DNA of 64,000 bases from Felis catus (GCF_018350175.1 NC_058373.1:107076001-107140000), one strand, 5' to 3'; positions 13,240 to 25,998 are shown, counted from the stretch's first letter. Notes: a model not told the origin generated them from the letters alone. Translations and numbers: made by a program.

Positions 13240-13655
13240 AATATTACTCAGCCATAAAAAAGAATGAAATCTGGCCATTTGCAACAACATGGATAGAGAT
13301 AGAGAGTATCATGCTAAGTGAAATAAGTCAGTCTGAGAAAGACAAATACCATAGTATTTCACTCATATGTATAATTTAAGAAATAAAACAAATGAGCAAA
13401 GCGGAGGGTGAGGAAGGGGGAAGAGAGAGGCAAACCAAGAAACAGACTCTTAACCATAGAGAAAAAACTAGTGGTTACCGGAGGGGAAGTGGGGCGGGGG
13501 AGGATGGGTTAAATAGGTGATGAGGATTAAGGAATGCATTTGTGATGAGCACCAAGTATTGGTATGTAAGTGCTGAACCAGTATTATACACCTGAAACTA
13601 ATATTACACTGTATGTGAACTAACTGGAATTTAAATAAAACTTAAAAATTTTTAA
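12640..13655 (+). mobile_element. Carnivore L1 3' fragment with internal (CA)n
   Basis: Fragmented ORF2 C-terminus ([22 protein letters not shown]) and a 3'UTR ending taactggaatttaaataaaac. Confidence 0.93.
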
Positions 13656-13908
13656 ATATAAAATGTACCTCCTAGAAATTTAAATTACATATATGGTTCA
13701 CATCATATTTCTATTGAACAGCACTGTTTCTATACAATATTCAGTGATTAGAAGCACAGGCCGATATCAGTTTGAAATCCAGTTTTGTGTTCTGTGACTT
13801 TAGGCAAAATACTCATGGGGGGGGGTCTCAATTTCATAATCTGCAAAATAGAGTTAATAGCACCAAACTTACACAGTGCCTACCACATACTAAGTAGTCA
13901 GTATATGT

Positions 13909-13912
<4 letters not shown>

Positions 13913-13958
<46 letters not shown>

Positions 13959-14008
13959 TATATACACACATACACACACACACATACATACATATACATA
14001 TATATATA
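13913..14008. repeat. (TA)n/(CA)n compound microsatellite
   Basis: Directly visible. Confidence 0.97.
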
Positions 14009-14099
14009 ATGCCAGTGTATATCCCTGGTAATATAATATCCTTTGTTTATGGACTCCAAATTTTATAATTTCACTTAATTTTAGTGATTCATTAGTGAG

Positions 14100-14452
14100 T
14101 GTATTAGTCTGCTCAGACTGCCATAACAAAATACCACAGACTGGGTGGCTTAAAAACTGGAAAGTTATTTTCTCACAGTTCTGGAGACTGGAAGTCCAAA
14201 AGCAAGCTACCAACAGGGGAAGTCTCACTCCTCAGCTTGCAGACAGTGCCTTCTTCATGTGTCCTCACATGATACTCTGGTGTCTCTTCCTCTTCTTACA
14301 AGGACACCAGACCTACTGGATTAGGGTCCTACCCTTATGACCTCCTTTAACCTTAATTACTTTACTAACAGCCCTATCTCCAGATACAGTCACAGTGGGG
14401 TTAGGTTTTAACACATGAATTTGAGGGTGGGGATGCAATTCAGTCCATAGCA
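14100..14452 (-). mobile_element. MaLR solo LTR (MLT1A/B-like)
   Basis: tgtattagtctgctcagactgccataacaaaataccacagactgggtggctt...cagtccatagca, with TG...CA termini. Confidence 0.85.
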
Positions 14453-14718
14453 GTAGGTTACAGGCAAATAGTTCCTTAGACACATAAGACTGAAAGCCAA
14501 AGGACTCATATATTTGTATCCATTCATAGTTCACCAAGAGGAGCATGTAGCTACCAATCCCTGAGAAATACTCATCTTAATCAATGGGATTGTTCATGGC
14601 ATAAAAGGTATTTGGCAGAAGGGCATGATGGTTCCCTCTAAAATTAATTTCAAAATACTTATTTGTATTTCTAAACCAGCCCAAGTTTTAAACTTGGTAT
14701 GAATTGAATAACCCTGAA

Positions 14719-14895
14719 TTTTTTTAAAAAAATATTTATTTACTTATTTTGGGAGGGAAAAGATGGGGAGAGTGAAGGGGAAAGAGAAATCTCAAGTAGC
14801 TTCCACACTCAGCATGGAGCCTGATGCAGGGCTTGATCTCACAACTATGAGATTGTGACCTGAGTTGAAATCAAGATTGAGCCACCCAAGCACTC
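14719..14895 (-). mobile_element. Diverged Can-SINE
   Basis: SINE body flanked by the TSD aata(a/g)ccctgaattt. Confidence 0.88.
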
Positions 14896-15012
14896 AAATA
14901 GCCCTGAATTTAATGCAACTCTTAGTCCATATCACCTCTTGGAGTACTGAGTTTAATAACTGCCTGTTGGAAAAAGTTGTTTCTTCTTATTTGTTTTAAA
15001 ATTCCTTTGTCA

Positions 15013-16002
15013 GGAAACAATCAACAAAACTAAAAGGCAACCAATGAAATGGGAAAAGATATTTGCAAATGACATATCGGACAAAGGGCTAGTATCCAAA
15101 ATCTATAAAGAGCTCACCAAACTCCACACCCGAAAAACAAATAATCCAGTGAAGAAATGGGCAGAAAACATGAATAGACACTTCTCTAAAGAAGACATCC
15201 AGATGGCCAACAGACACATGAAAAGATGCTCAACATCTCTCGTCATCAGGGAAATACAAATCAAAATCACACTGAGATACCACCTCATGCCATTCAGAGT
15301 GCCTAAAATGAACAAATTAGGAGACTATAGATGCTGGAGAGGATGTGGAGAAATGGGAACCCTCTTGCACTGTTGGTGGGAATGCAAACTGGTGCAGCTG
15401 CTCTGGAAAACAGTATGGAGGTTCCTCAAAAAATTAAAAATAGATCTACCTTATGACCCAGCAATAGCACTGCTAGGAATTTACCCAAGGGATACAGGAG
15501 TGCTGATGCATAGGGGCACTTTTACCCCAATGTTTATAGCAGCACTTTCAACAATAGCCAAATTATGGAAAGAGCCTAAATGTCCATCAACTGATGAATG
15601 GATAAAGAAATTGTGGTTTATATACACAATGGAATACTATGTGGCAATGGGAAAGAATGAAATATGACCTTTTGTAGCAACGTGGATGGAACTGGAGAGT
15701 GTTATGCTAAGTGAAATAAGTCATACAGAGAAAGACACCATATGTTTTCACTCTTATGTGGATCCTGAGAAACTTAACAGAAGACCATGAGGGAGGGGAA
15801 GGAAAAAAAAAGTTTAGAGATGGAGAGAGCCAAAACATAAGACTCTTAAAAACTGAGAACAAACTGAGGGTTGATGGGGGTGGGTGATGGGTACTGAGGA
15901 GGGCACCTTTTGGGATGAGCACTGGGTGTTGTGTGGAAACCAATTTGACAATAAATTTCATATTAAAAAAAATAAAGATGTTTTTATGTCCGGAAAAAAA
16001 AT
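15013..16002 (+). mobile_element. Young 5'-truncated felid L1 with a short extra 3' segment
   Basis: ORF 15044-15667 is the ORF2 C-terminus. TSD aaaattcctttgtca at 14998-15012 and 16003-16017. Confidence 0.97.
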
Positions 16003-16363
16003 AAAATTCCTTTGTCAAATACTGAAGTATACCCCTAAATTTTTGAATTTTTGAGTTTCATAGGAATTCTCCATATACATCTTAAACAGTGACTTTTGCT
16101 TGAATATATTTTCTCAGATTATATTTCTACACTCAAGATCTTTATTGTCAGCCTGTCTTCACTCAGCAGTTCTTTTATTCTCTCAATCATCTTACAGCCT
16201 TTACAGTCTTTCTACTTTGAGATTCACCATTCAAGATTTAAACAGATAGGAGTCTATACATGGGTAGGACAACATTTCCTGTTTTCTTTCTAATTTTGAG
16301 TATGAGTATGTGTTACTATTTTTCTCCTCTGAATTTATGATTTTATTTATTTTTACTTTTCTT

Positions 16364-16591
16364 TTTTTTTTTTTTTAATTTTTTTTTCAACGTTTATTTA
16401 TTTTTTAGGACAGAGAGAGACAGAGCATGAACGGGGGAGGGGCAGAGAGAGAGGGAGACACAGAATCCGAAACAGGCTCCAGGCTCTGAGCCATCAGCCC
16501 AGAGCCTGACGCGGGGCTCGAACTCACGGACCGCGAGATCGTGACCTGGCTGAAGCCGGACGCTTAACCGACTGCGCCACCCAGGCGCCCC
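16364..16591 (-). mobile_element. Young felid Can-SINE (SINEC_Fc type)
   Basis: CpG-rich body. TSD tatttttacttttctt at 16348-16363 and 16592-16607. Confidence 0.97.
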
Positions 16592-17144
16592 TATTTTTAC
16601 TTTTCTTAGTTTGTTTTTTTTGGCTGAGGCAACATATTTGGTCAAAATCTTCAGGATACAATCCAGGTGGACTCTTAAATCCTGTCCATCTGTTGGAAAT
16701 CATAACTTGGAACTCAGCTATATGCGTCATTCCCAAATGTATTAGCTGCATACATTATTCCCACATTTCAAGTCTTATACTCAACCCATCTGACTACATC
16801 CTCTTTATATCTTCCTGAAGTTTATCAACATACATGCAGTGTTGTACAATCTAATGAGACTAAATGCCATGTATGAACTTCAAATATTTCTATGTACTAC
16901 TTTTCCAAATTATTTTAAAATGTTAAATAAATTCAAACACAGATTCTATTTCCATTTCTCTGTCTAAAGAAATGATAGTGGATTTAATCGGATAAATACT
17001 TACTAATATCAACTATATGCAAAGCATTAATAGGGATAAAAGTTAATATAATATGGCCTTTACTTTTCCTCCTGGTCTAGAGGAAGCAGCCATATAAACA
17101 GCCTTGACAAGCAGAATAAAGTAGTGCCACAAATAGATTCAAGT

Positions 17145-17397
17145 GTTGAATAAAATATTTGTTTCCCCCAAAATTCATATGTTGAAGTCCTGTTCACCAA
17201 TATGATGGTATTTGGAGATGTGATTGCATTGGGGGCCTTTGCAAGGTAATTAGATCATCAGGGTAGAGCCCTTATGAATGGGGTTGGTGCCATTATAAGA
17301 AGAGACAAAAGAGGGTTGACGAGTAAAAAATAAATGTTTGTTGTTTAAACCACCCAAGCCCATAGTATTTTTGTTATAGCAACTTGAACTAAGACAT
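17145..17397 (+). mobile_element. Internally deleted MaLR LTR (MLT1A-like)
   Basis: cccccaaaattcatatgttgaagtcc...aataaatgtttgttgtttaaaccaccc...ctaagaca. Confidence 0.75.
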
Positions 17398-17754
17398 CCA
17401 AATTTGAAAACAAGAGAAATACCTTCCAACTTGGTTGAGTGAGTAAGCCTCCACAGAGTATGAAATATTTGAGCTGAGCCTGGAAAAAGAGCAGGTTTTT
17501 GATTGATACAGTCACTTGAGGACCAAGTCTACACGTAGTTGGGAAGAAGCAAGAGTTCTTGAAGGAATGGAGCCAAGATCCCTGACCACAGCACAACCAG
17601 AAACCATTCTAACAAAGACTTTTCTTATCATTTAAGCCAGTTTGGGCTGGTTTTTCTATTACTTGCACTTGAATTGATATAACCATTCTAAAGCTCTCAA
17701 CCTATATTTGTATCTGTCAGCTAGATGTCTCCAAGTGGATGTCCCAATAACATT

Positions 17755-18170
17755 TGTGTTAGTATAGGTTGTCTGAGAAGCAGATGTCAAAACAGGATTA
17801 GAGGAACAAGAGATGAATTGGGAGAAATACTGATGAGGGAAAATAGAGAAGAAGCCAATGATACTGGGAAAGCAGCAAAGTATGTACCTCTTTGTGAGGG
17901 GAAAAGGAAGGAAGGGAAGTTGAGTGGAAGAGCTCGTTGCTGTGCAACTCTAAGAAATTTCAGCAAGACTGATGGAGAGTCCTCAAGGCAACATTGCTGA
18001 TTAAAGGAGGAAAGTTGTAAATCTCCATGTTCAGTATTCCTACCATGCTCAGTCACTGCCTTAGAGCAGCCCATGGGAGGCAAAGCCTGGGCCTAATTGA
18101 TACAAAGGATGTCAGAGTGCCCCAAGACATAGGGCCCTTGATCAGTCATACTAACCCCATTCAGCAGCTT
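17755..18170 (-). mobile_element. Old ERVL-class LTR remnant
   Basis: tgtgttagtataggttgtctgagaagcagatg...aagagatgaattgggag resembles the reverse 3' end of ERVL LTRs. Confidence 0.45.
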
Positions 18171-18989
18171 CTGCTAGTTGAATTTCCCTGACCTCTACCC
18201 ACCTCAGCTTCAGTTTACTCAACTGAATTCATCTTATGCAGCTCCCAGATCTCCCTCTCTTCCTGTGTTCCCTACCTTCCTAGTCAAAGCAGAAATTGTA
18301 TAGTCATTCTTGATTTCTTCCTCTTCCAAAGCAAAAATTGTATAGTCATTCTTGATTTGTTCCTCTTCTTCACCATTCACACCCCAAAAATACCTATTTT
18401 AATGATTCTCTTGCACCCACCTGCTATCACTTGCCTAATCCAGGCTTCCATCTCTGCCTGCGCTGTTGAAGTAGCCTGAACTTACTTCTTACTTCCAATC
18501 TGGAATTATTTTCACTGTATCAAACCACTTTCAACATGTTTATAGTTGGAAAGACCATCTAATTCATTCTTCTTCGGTCTTTGATCCACCCTAATATAAT
18601 TTAGAGAATGTGATATGCCACTGTTCTTCCCAAACAAGAATTACTGTTAAATTTTTTTATACCATTGCAGAGGGTTAAGAGAATCATCTTCTGTTCAGGA
18701 CACACCATTATTATTTGCCTGTGCAAGATAATCTCTGGTTTTATTTATTTAGACATTTTATTCCCATTCCCCTCTCTGCCAATAGGTAATCATATTAACA
18801 TGTTTGATGTGTATCTTTTATTCACAGGTAAGCGGGGTTTTTTTTTTTTTGAGAGTTGAAGAGTTAATCAGTTATTAATAAGGCATTAAAAATAGCTCAT
18901 TTTTCTCTAGGCGCTACATAAGGGATAATATATATGTGCAAACTTACAAAATCAATTATTGAAACCAAATGTATTTTTTAACTTAATAC

Positions 18990-19193
18990 TTTTTAAAAAT
19001 TTTTTTAATGTTTATTTATTTTTCAGAGGAGGGACAAGAGGGGCAGAAAGAGAGGGAGACACAGAATCCAAAGCAGGCTCCAGGCTCTGAGCTGTCAGCA
19101 CAGAGCCTGATGTGGGACTCAAATTCACAAACCGGGAGATCATGACCTGATGCAAAGTCGGATGCCCAACTAACTGAGCCACCCAGGTGCCCC
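18990..19193 (-). mobile_element. Can-SINE
   Basis: Standard body and head. Confidence 0.93.
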
Positions 19194-19751
19194 GAGCCAA
19201 AAGTATTTTTAAATACTTCTGAATGAGAACAAATTCTAAGAGAAAAGTGGATTTTAGTTACCACAACCCTTTCAGAATTCTCAAGCTCTAAACATGAATA
19301 TCACTCACTGGGAAGTGCAGAATGGCCTTCAGGGATTTGACAGTCTTTTCTCATCATCTCCTTATCACCAACTATGGTTAAAATCTCAGGGACTGTCTCA
19401 CTCCTTTATCATTACATCTTCATATACTTCAGTGGATGCAGGTTCAAACCCACATATTTAATTCTCAACCACCTGACTTCAGCCACCTACTTGGCCCTTC
19501 CCTCTAAATGACCCTCCCAGACACTGGCAGCTTTTGGTCTGACATACTTCCCCCAGGATTTTTGGATACAAAGGTGTTTTGTGTCTTCACAGAGTGGGCA
19601 AGGGGTATGGAGATCCTTTGGTACCACCTGTCTCTTTAGTATCTTCCAGATTATCATGATCAATGTCAAAGTCTTACAGTGGGAAAAGCTTAAAATAAAA
19701 GTTTCCAGGTATATTGGTTTCTCCATTTTCCTGTGCTGAATCTTGCATGTG

Positions 19752-19752
<1 letters not shown>

Positions 19753-19786
<34 letters not shown>
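19753..19786. repeat. (TG)n microsatellite
   Basis: Directly visible. Confidence 0.97.
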
Positions 19787-19787
<1 letters not shown>

Positions 19788-19819
19788 CTGTTTTTGTTTT
19801 GTTAGCTATTTAAGAAAAT

Positions 19820-20135
19820 GAATAGATTTTATTTCTTAGAGCCATTTTAAGTTTACAGAAAAATTGCACAGAAAGTACAAGAGTGCCCATGAATCTGTCT
19901 TTGTCCCCACTGCCACCCCCAGTTTCAGTTTCTTCTATCATTAACATTTTACATCAGTATGGTACATTTGTTACAATTGATGAACCTAAATTGATAATAT
20001 TATTATTAACTAAAGTCCTTGTTTTACATCATATAGTGTGTATTTTATGAGTTTTGATGAATGTATTATGACACGTATCACCATTGCAGAAGGATTTACA
20101 ATAGTTTCACTGCCCTCAATATTCTCTGCAATCTG
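19820..20135 (-). mobile_element. Old L1MC-type 3' end
   Basis: aatagattttatttcttagagccattttaagtttacag...ggtacatttgttacaattgatgaacc. Homologous to 55695-56177. Confidence 0.75.
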
Positions 20136-20249
20136 AAGGAAAAATAGAGTTAACCCAGTTAAAAATGAGGAGAGCAGTGCTCCATTGCAAAGACAAGGAA
20201 ATTAGAGATTATTTATATCAAGTTTGAGTAAATGGAAGAAGTTAAGCAT

Positions 20250-20455
20250 GGGGGCACCTGGGTGGCTCTGTTGGTTAAGCATCCAACTCTTGATTTGGGC
20301 TCAGGTTATGATCTCACAGTTCGTGGGTTCAAGCCCCATGTCAGCCTCTGTGATGACAACACAGAGCCTGCTTGGGATTCTCTCTCTTCCTCCCTCTCTG
20401 CCCCTCCCCTGTGCTCTCTTTCTCTTAAGATAAATAAACAGGAAAAAAAAAGTTT
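20250..20455 (+). mobile_element. Can-SINE
   Basis: Head ggggcacctgggtggctc, CT tract and A tail. Confidence 0.93.
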
Positions 20456-20779
20456 TTTAGCCTACAGTCTAAAGTGCAGGAGTAAGACGAATGAGAGACC
20501 TGGGGGTAAAAGGCAGTGGAGAGATAATGAAGATAATAGAATCTAGTGTAACTCACTGTCAAGTCAACAAAGATCTAGATAAGCCCATATCTAAAACCCC
20601 ATTCCACAGGAGTTTGGAAAATCCAAAGCCTTCTCTAGGATTTCATCAAATTCCTAGTAGGTTTATATTACTATGAATTTCTGCTTAATTCAATTAAAGG
20701 ATTATCACTGCCATGAGCAAGTACTGGTCCTATTCCCGCACAATGTTGACCAAGACATGGGACCAGCCCTTTCCTTTCC

Positions 20780-20782
<3 letters not shown>

Positions 20783-20823
<41 letters not shown>

Positions 20824-20875
20824 TGCACACGCACACACACACAAGCACGCGCATGCTGACATACACATACACACA
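20783..20875. repeat. (CA)n compound microsatellite
   Basis: Directly visible. Confidence 0.95.
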
Positions 20876-20974
20876 ATCACTGACTCACTCAGGTAATTTG
20901 TGTAAGCAGAAGATTTTACAGAATGTATAAGAGGGCTATAACATTGCCTTATAAAAATTAAAGTAAATATTAGA

Positions 20975-21173
20975 GGGGCACCTGGGTGGCTCAGTCAGTT
21001 AAGTGGCTGACTTAGGCTCAGGTCATGATTTCACATTCGTGGGTTTGAGCTCTGCATCAAGCTCAGCACTGACAGTGCAGAGCCTGCTTGGAATTCTCTC
21101 CCTCTCTCTCTCTGCCCCTCCCCTACTTACATGCACGCTTTCTCTCTCTCTCAAAATAAATGAATAAACTTAT
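20975..21173 (+). mobile_element. Can-SINE
   Basis: Standard body. TSD aaagtaaata(t/c)ta. Confidence 0.93.
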
Positions 21174-21469
21174 AAAGTAAATACTAAAATTCTGATTCCC
21201 CAAAGTTCTCAGCCACTTCACTATTAGGACTTTCACCAACTTCATACTTTCATTTATTTTGACTGACAATTATTTTGTTACCTTGACTTCTGGCATGTCT
21301 TGTCATTCATTAAATCTTCTCTCAGAGCATCCCCAGTAGTTTGCTCAAGTATTTTTCTTAACAAAGACCACTTTTTTCCTACTAAGAAAAACTCTAGTTC
21401 CAGTTGTTAGGATAATAAATGTTCCACCCTGCTACACAGGTTTACAGGTTTACCTTTTGTCTAAGGACA

Positions 21470-22250
21470 ACTGGAGGTCATTGGAGGGCTTTAAATAGAG
21501 GCGTTCCTCTGAGATGTGTCTGAATGATAGACCAGATATGTTTGAGTGATAGATCACTTTGAGTGCTGTATAAAGAATGGATTGGAGGGCAGTGCTATTT
21601 GAAACAGGAAGATCATTTAGGAGACAGTGGTAGTTCTAGGTAAGAAATGATGAGAATCTAAATAAGGATGGTGGCAATAAAGTGGTGGTAGGGACAGAGA
21701 TGTCAATGGATACCAGATATAGTCAGGAGGAAAAAGCAACAGGACTTGAAAATTAGTTGGATACAAATTAGTTTCTAAGTCAGTTTCTGACTTAAAAAAC
21801 TTATGATAACAAATACTGGAGAAGGAGCAGATATGGGGGAAGATCCTTGGCTCAGTTTTGGTCATGTGGAGTTTAAAGTGCCTATGAGATCCCTGGAGGG
21901 ATATCAAGCAGACAAATGAGTGTATTGGTTTGGAGATCAGAAGAAATTTCTGGGCAGAAGATACATATTTAGGGGTAACCAGCCTATAGATGGTGATGGA
22001 TGCGATTGCTTAAGAAAAGACTTTAGAGTAATAAGAGAGGAGGGCCCAAAGCAGAGTTCTAAGAATTCCAGTATTTAAGAGACAAGCAGAGGAAAAGGGA
22101 CTATGAAATGAAACAATGAATAACCAGGAAAAAAAATAAAAAAGAAAATCTGAACGGTATGGTATCACAAAAGCCAAGTAGAATATTTCAGAACAAAGGG
22201 AGTATTTGAATTCTCCTGTACAGATAAATTGAAATTAAGAAAGCTTTAAG
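21470..22250 (-). mobile_element. L2 ORF2 remnant
   Basis: The minus-strand ORF 21617-21907 contains SHRHFKLHMTKTEPRIFP, matching the L2 motif RHLKLNMSKTELLIFP. Confidence 0.8.
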
Positions 22251-22974
22251 AAAGTTACCCAAAGATACACATTCATATATAGGGATTCAAACCCATATCT
22301 CTAACTGTGTTCACAATAGCTCCATCTTTGAGGGCCTCATCTTCCTCATCTATAAAACATGGAGGAAGTAGAGTTGAGGAAGGGAGAGATTGGGCTGGAT
22401 AAATTCTATGATCCTCTTCCAGATCTATAGTTGTATAAATGGGGAAGAAAGTCTGGGATGGAGCATATGGCAAATCACTGATGTAGCCTTTAGTTCTTTG
22501 TTCCTTTACTCCTTATAGTAGGACAGAGCAGACATGCAATACATATTTGCTGAACATGGGCACACAATGATTATTGCCGAAGCAAATTCATACGATGTCA
22601 TTAATATCTATTAATACAGAAGGCACTAGAGGCACAGTGAAATCTATTATTAAGTAATCACTAGTTTACCAACATCCACCCTACTGAATGCTGATTTCAT
22701 TCTTTTCCCTGTGGTTCTTACTTGGTCTGGCCCCACAGGTAAGGAAGCCTAGCAACAGCTGCATCTATTAGCATTATTATGGTGTGAAAACATGACAACA
22801 GGTTCATAAATGGGATTATTTAATATCCACAGTCACAAGGTGGCTCTGTATGTCTATAATTTGAACAATAACATGATCAGAGATTAGGCCTTGCTCCATT
22901 CAGAGTCCAGAAAGAGAGATGTTTGGGTTTAATTTATTAAGAAAAATAACCCTCCCCTACAAGCACATACTTTC

Positions 22975-23389
22975 TTTTTTTTAATGATTGCTTTATTTGT
23001 TCTAATTTTTTATTATTATTTATTTTATTTTTTTAATTTACATCCAAGTTAGTTAGCATATAGTGCAACAATGATTTCAGGAGTAGATTCCTTAATTCCC
23101 TTTACCTATTTAGCCCACTCCCCCTCCCACAACCCCTCCAGTAACCCTCTGTTCTTTATATTTAAGAGTCTCTTATGTTTTGTCCCCCTCCCTGTTTTTA
23201 TATTATTTTTGCTTCCCTTCCCTTGTGTTCATCTGTTCTGTGTCTTAAAGTCTTCATATGAGTGAAGTCATATGATATTTGTCTTTCTCTGACTAATTTC
23301 GCTTAGCATAATACCCTCTAGTACCATCCATGTAGTTGCAAAGGCAAGATTTCATTCTTTTTGATTGCCGAGTAATACTCCATTGTGTA

Positions 23390-23453
<64 letters not shown>

Positions 23454-24672
23454 CATACATGTATATATACACACACACACATATATACACACATATATAT
23501 GTGTGTATATATGTGTGTGTGTGTATATATACATGTATATATATATGTGTGTGTGTGTGTGTGTATACATGTATATGTGTGTGTGTGTGTGTATACGTGT
23601 ATATATATACACACATACATCACATCTTCTTTATCCATTCATCCATCGATGGACATTTGGGCTCTTTTCATACTTTGGCTATTGTCAATAGTGCTGCTAT
23701 AAACATTGAGGTGCATGTGCCCCTTCTAAACAACATACCTGTATCCCATGGATAAATACCTAGTAGTGCAATTGCTGGGTCGTAGGGTAGTTTTATTTTT
23801 AATTTTTTGAGGAACCTCCATACTGTTTTCCAGAGTGGCTGTACCAGTTTGCATTCCCACCAGCAGTGCAAAAGAGATCCTCTTTCTCTGCATCCTCGCC
23901 AACATCTATTGTTGCTTGAGTTGTTAATGTTAGCCATTCTGACAGGTGTGAGGTGATATCTCACTGTGGTTTGATTTGTGTTTCCCTGATGAGGAGCAAC
24001 GTTGAGCATCTTGTCATGTGTCTGTTGGCCATCTGGATGTCTTCTTTGGAGAAGTGTCTATTAATGTCTTTTGCCCATTTATTCACTGGATTATTTGTTT
24101 TTTGGGTGTTGAGTTTGATAAGTTCTTTATAGATTTTGGATACTAACCCTTTATCTGATATGTCGTTTGCAAATATCTTCTCCCATTCTGTTGGTTGCCT
24201 TTTAGTTTTGCTGAATGTTTCCTTCGCTGTGCAGAAGATTTTTATTTTGATGAGGTCCCAATAGTTCATTTTTGCTTTTGTATCTCTTGCCTCTGGACAT
24301 GTGTTGAGTAAGCAGTTGCTGCAGCCAAGATCAAAGAGGTTTTTGTCTGCTTTCTCTTTGAGGATTCTGGTGGCTTCCTGTCTTACATTTAGGTCTTTCA
24401 TCATTTTGAGTTTATTTTTGTGTATGGTGTAAGAAAGTGGTCCAGGTTCATTTTTCTGCATGTCGCTGTCCAGTTTTCCCAACACCACTTGCTGAAGAGA
24501 CTGCCTTTATTCCATTGGATATTCTTTCCTGCTTTCTCAAAGATTAGTTGGCCATGCATTTGTGGGTCCATTTCTGGGTTCTCTATTCTGTTCCATTGAT
24601 CTGAGTGTCTGCTTTTGTGCCAGTACCATACTGTCTTGATGATTACAGCTTTGTAATACTGCTTGAAGTCCG
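22975..24672 (-). mobile_element. 5'-truncated carnivore/felid L1 with expanded internal microsatellite
   Basis: ORF2 fragments ([30 protein letters not shown]). Perfect 15-bp TSD caagcacatactttc at 22960-22974 and 24673-24687. Confidence 0.97.
23385..23619. repeat. Compound (TA)/(CA)/(TG) alternating purine-pyrimidine repeat
   Basis: Directly visible. It is the source of six spurious ORFs. Confidence 0.97.
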
Positions 24673-24959
24673 CAAGCACATACTTTCAAAAGAACTTCCT
24701 TTCTGTTTGGAATACCCAGTGCAAGAGCCAAACAGATATGGATGGCCACATGTTGGCAAAGAGCCCACAGTGAGGGGAAAACAATCTCTTCCTTGTCAAA
24801 TGACTCAGGCTCCCTTAACTCTGTGCATAAATCAGAGCCCAAAAATCAAGGAGATACATCTGGTCCTGTGGATTCAGTCAGTAGTTGAGTTGCACCTCAG
24901 CATTCCACATAGAGTATTTTTAAAATCAAATTTCCTAATGTAAAATTCTAAGGCTTTAA

Positions 24960-25560
24960 GACAATATGGTGGTTTCCCCCCAAAGTTAAGTATAGAATTA
25001 CCATATGATCCAGAAATTCCACTTCTAAAAGTGCCTAAAAGAATTGAAAGCAGGGTTTCAAACAGATATTTGAACACCAGTGTTCATAGCACCATTATTC
25101 ATAGTAGTCAAAAGTGGAAACAATCCAGGTGGTCATCAATGGATGAACAGATAAACAATTAAATTAATAAAATATAGTGTATATTTATAATGGAATATTA
25201 AGAAAGGGATAAAATTCTGATATATGCTGTAGCATGGATGAATCTTGAAAACATGCTAAGTGAAATAAGACACAAAAGAATATTGTATGATTTAATTTAT
25301 ATGAAGCATGTAGAGTAGCCAAGTTCATGGAGACAGAAAGTATAATATAGGTTACCAGAGGCTAATGGGAGGAAGGAATATGGAGTTATTGTTAAAGGGT
25401 ACAGAATTTCAGTATGGAATAAATAAAAAATTCTTGAGATGGACAGTGGTGATGGTTGCACAACAATGTGAATGTACTTAAATGCTATTCAGCTGTTATA
25501 CTTGAAGTGATTTAAATGGCAAATTTTATGTTAAGTATATTTTACTACAATTAAAAAAAT
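24960..25560 (+). mobile_element. Old L1MB-type 3' end
   Basis: ttaccatatgatccagaaattccacttct...gtggtgatggttgcacaacaatgtgaatgtactt...acaattaaaaaaa. Confidence 0.85.
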
Positions 25561-25584
25561 CCTGCGCCTACAACTTCTAGAGAT

Positions 25585-25805
25585 TGTGTGGTATAGTGGA
25601 AAGAGGTAGTTGAGAGTTCTAGTTCTGACATTAATAGGCTATGTGACCTAGGGAAAGTCATTTAGCCTCTCCAATGCTCAGTCTCCTCATATCAAAAATG
25701 AAAAAATAATTCCTACACTGCATGGTTGTTCTGAGGTTTAGAGATAAAATATCTAAGGCATCTGGCATCATATATGATATTGAGTGGATGCTTATTAAGT
25801 GATAT
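25585..25805 (+). mobile_element. MIR SINE
   Basis: Core tgtgacctagggaaagtcatttagcctctc...ctcagtctcctcat. Confidence 0.75.
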
Positions 25806-25834
25806 TTTTATGAACCTAAAGAAATGCACACCTC

Positions 25835-25998
25835 GGGGCACCTGGGTGGCTCAGCTGGTTAAGCATCTGACTCTTGGTTTCTGCTCAGATCTCACAGTTG
25901 GTGAATTCGAGCCCCACATCAGGGGTGTGCCCTGATGCCCAGGGGTGATGCCCCTCCCCTGCTCACTTTCTCTGTCTCTCAGAAAACAAAACTTAAAA
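25835..25998 (+). mobile_element. Internally deleted Can-SINE
   Basis: Head present. TSD aaatgcacacctc on both sides. Confidence 0.9.

Larger units (their letters stand above)
11908..13726. mobile_element. MER33 hAT-Charlie MITE split by two Can-SINEs and one L1
   Basis: Termini tgtgccctccaatacagtagccactggccacat and ctattgaacagcactg. The intervening pieces are collinear with MER33. Confidence 0.75.
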
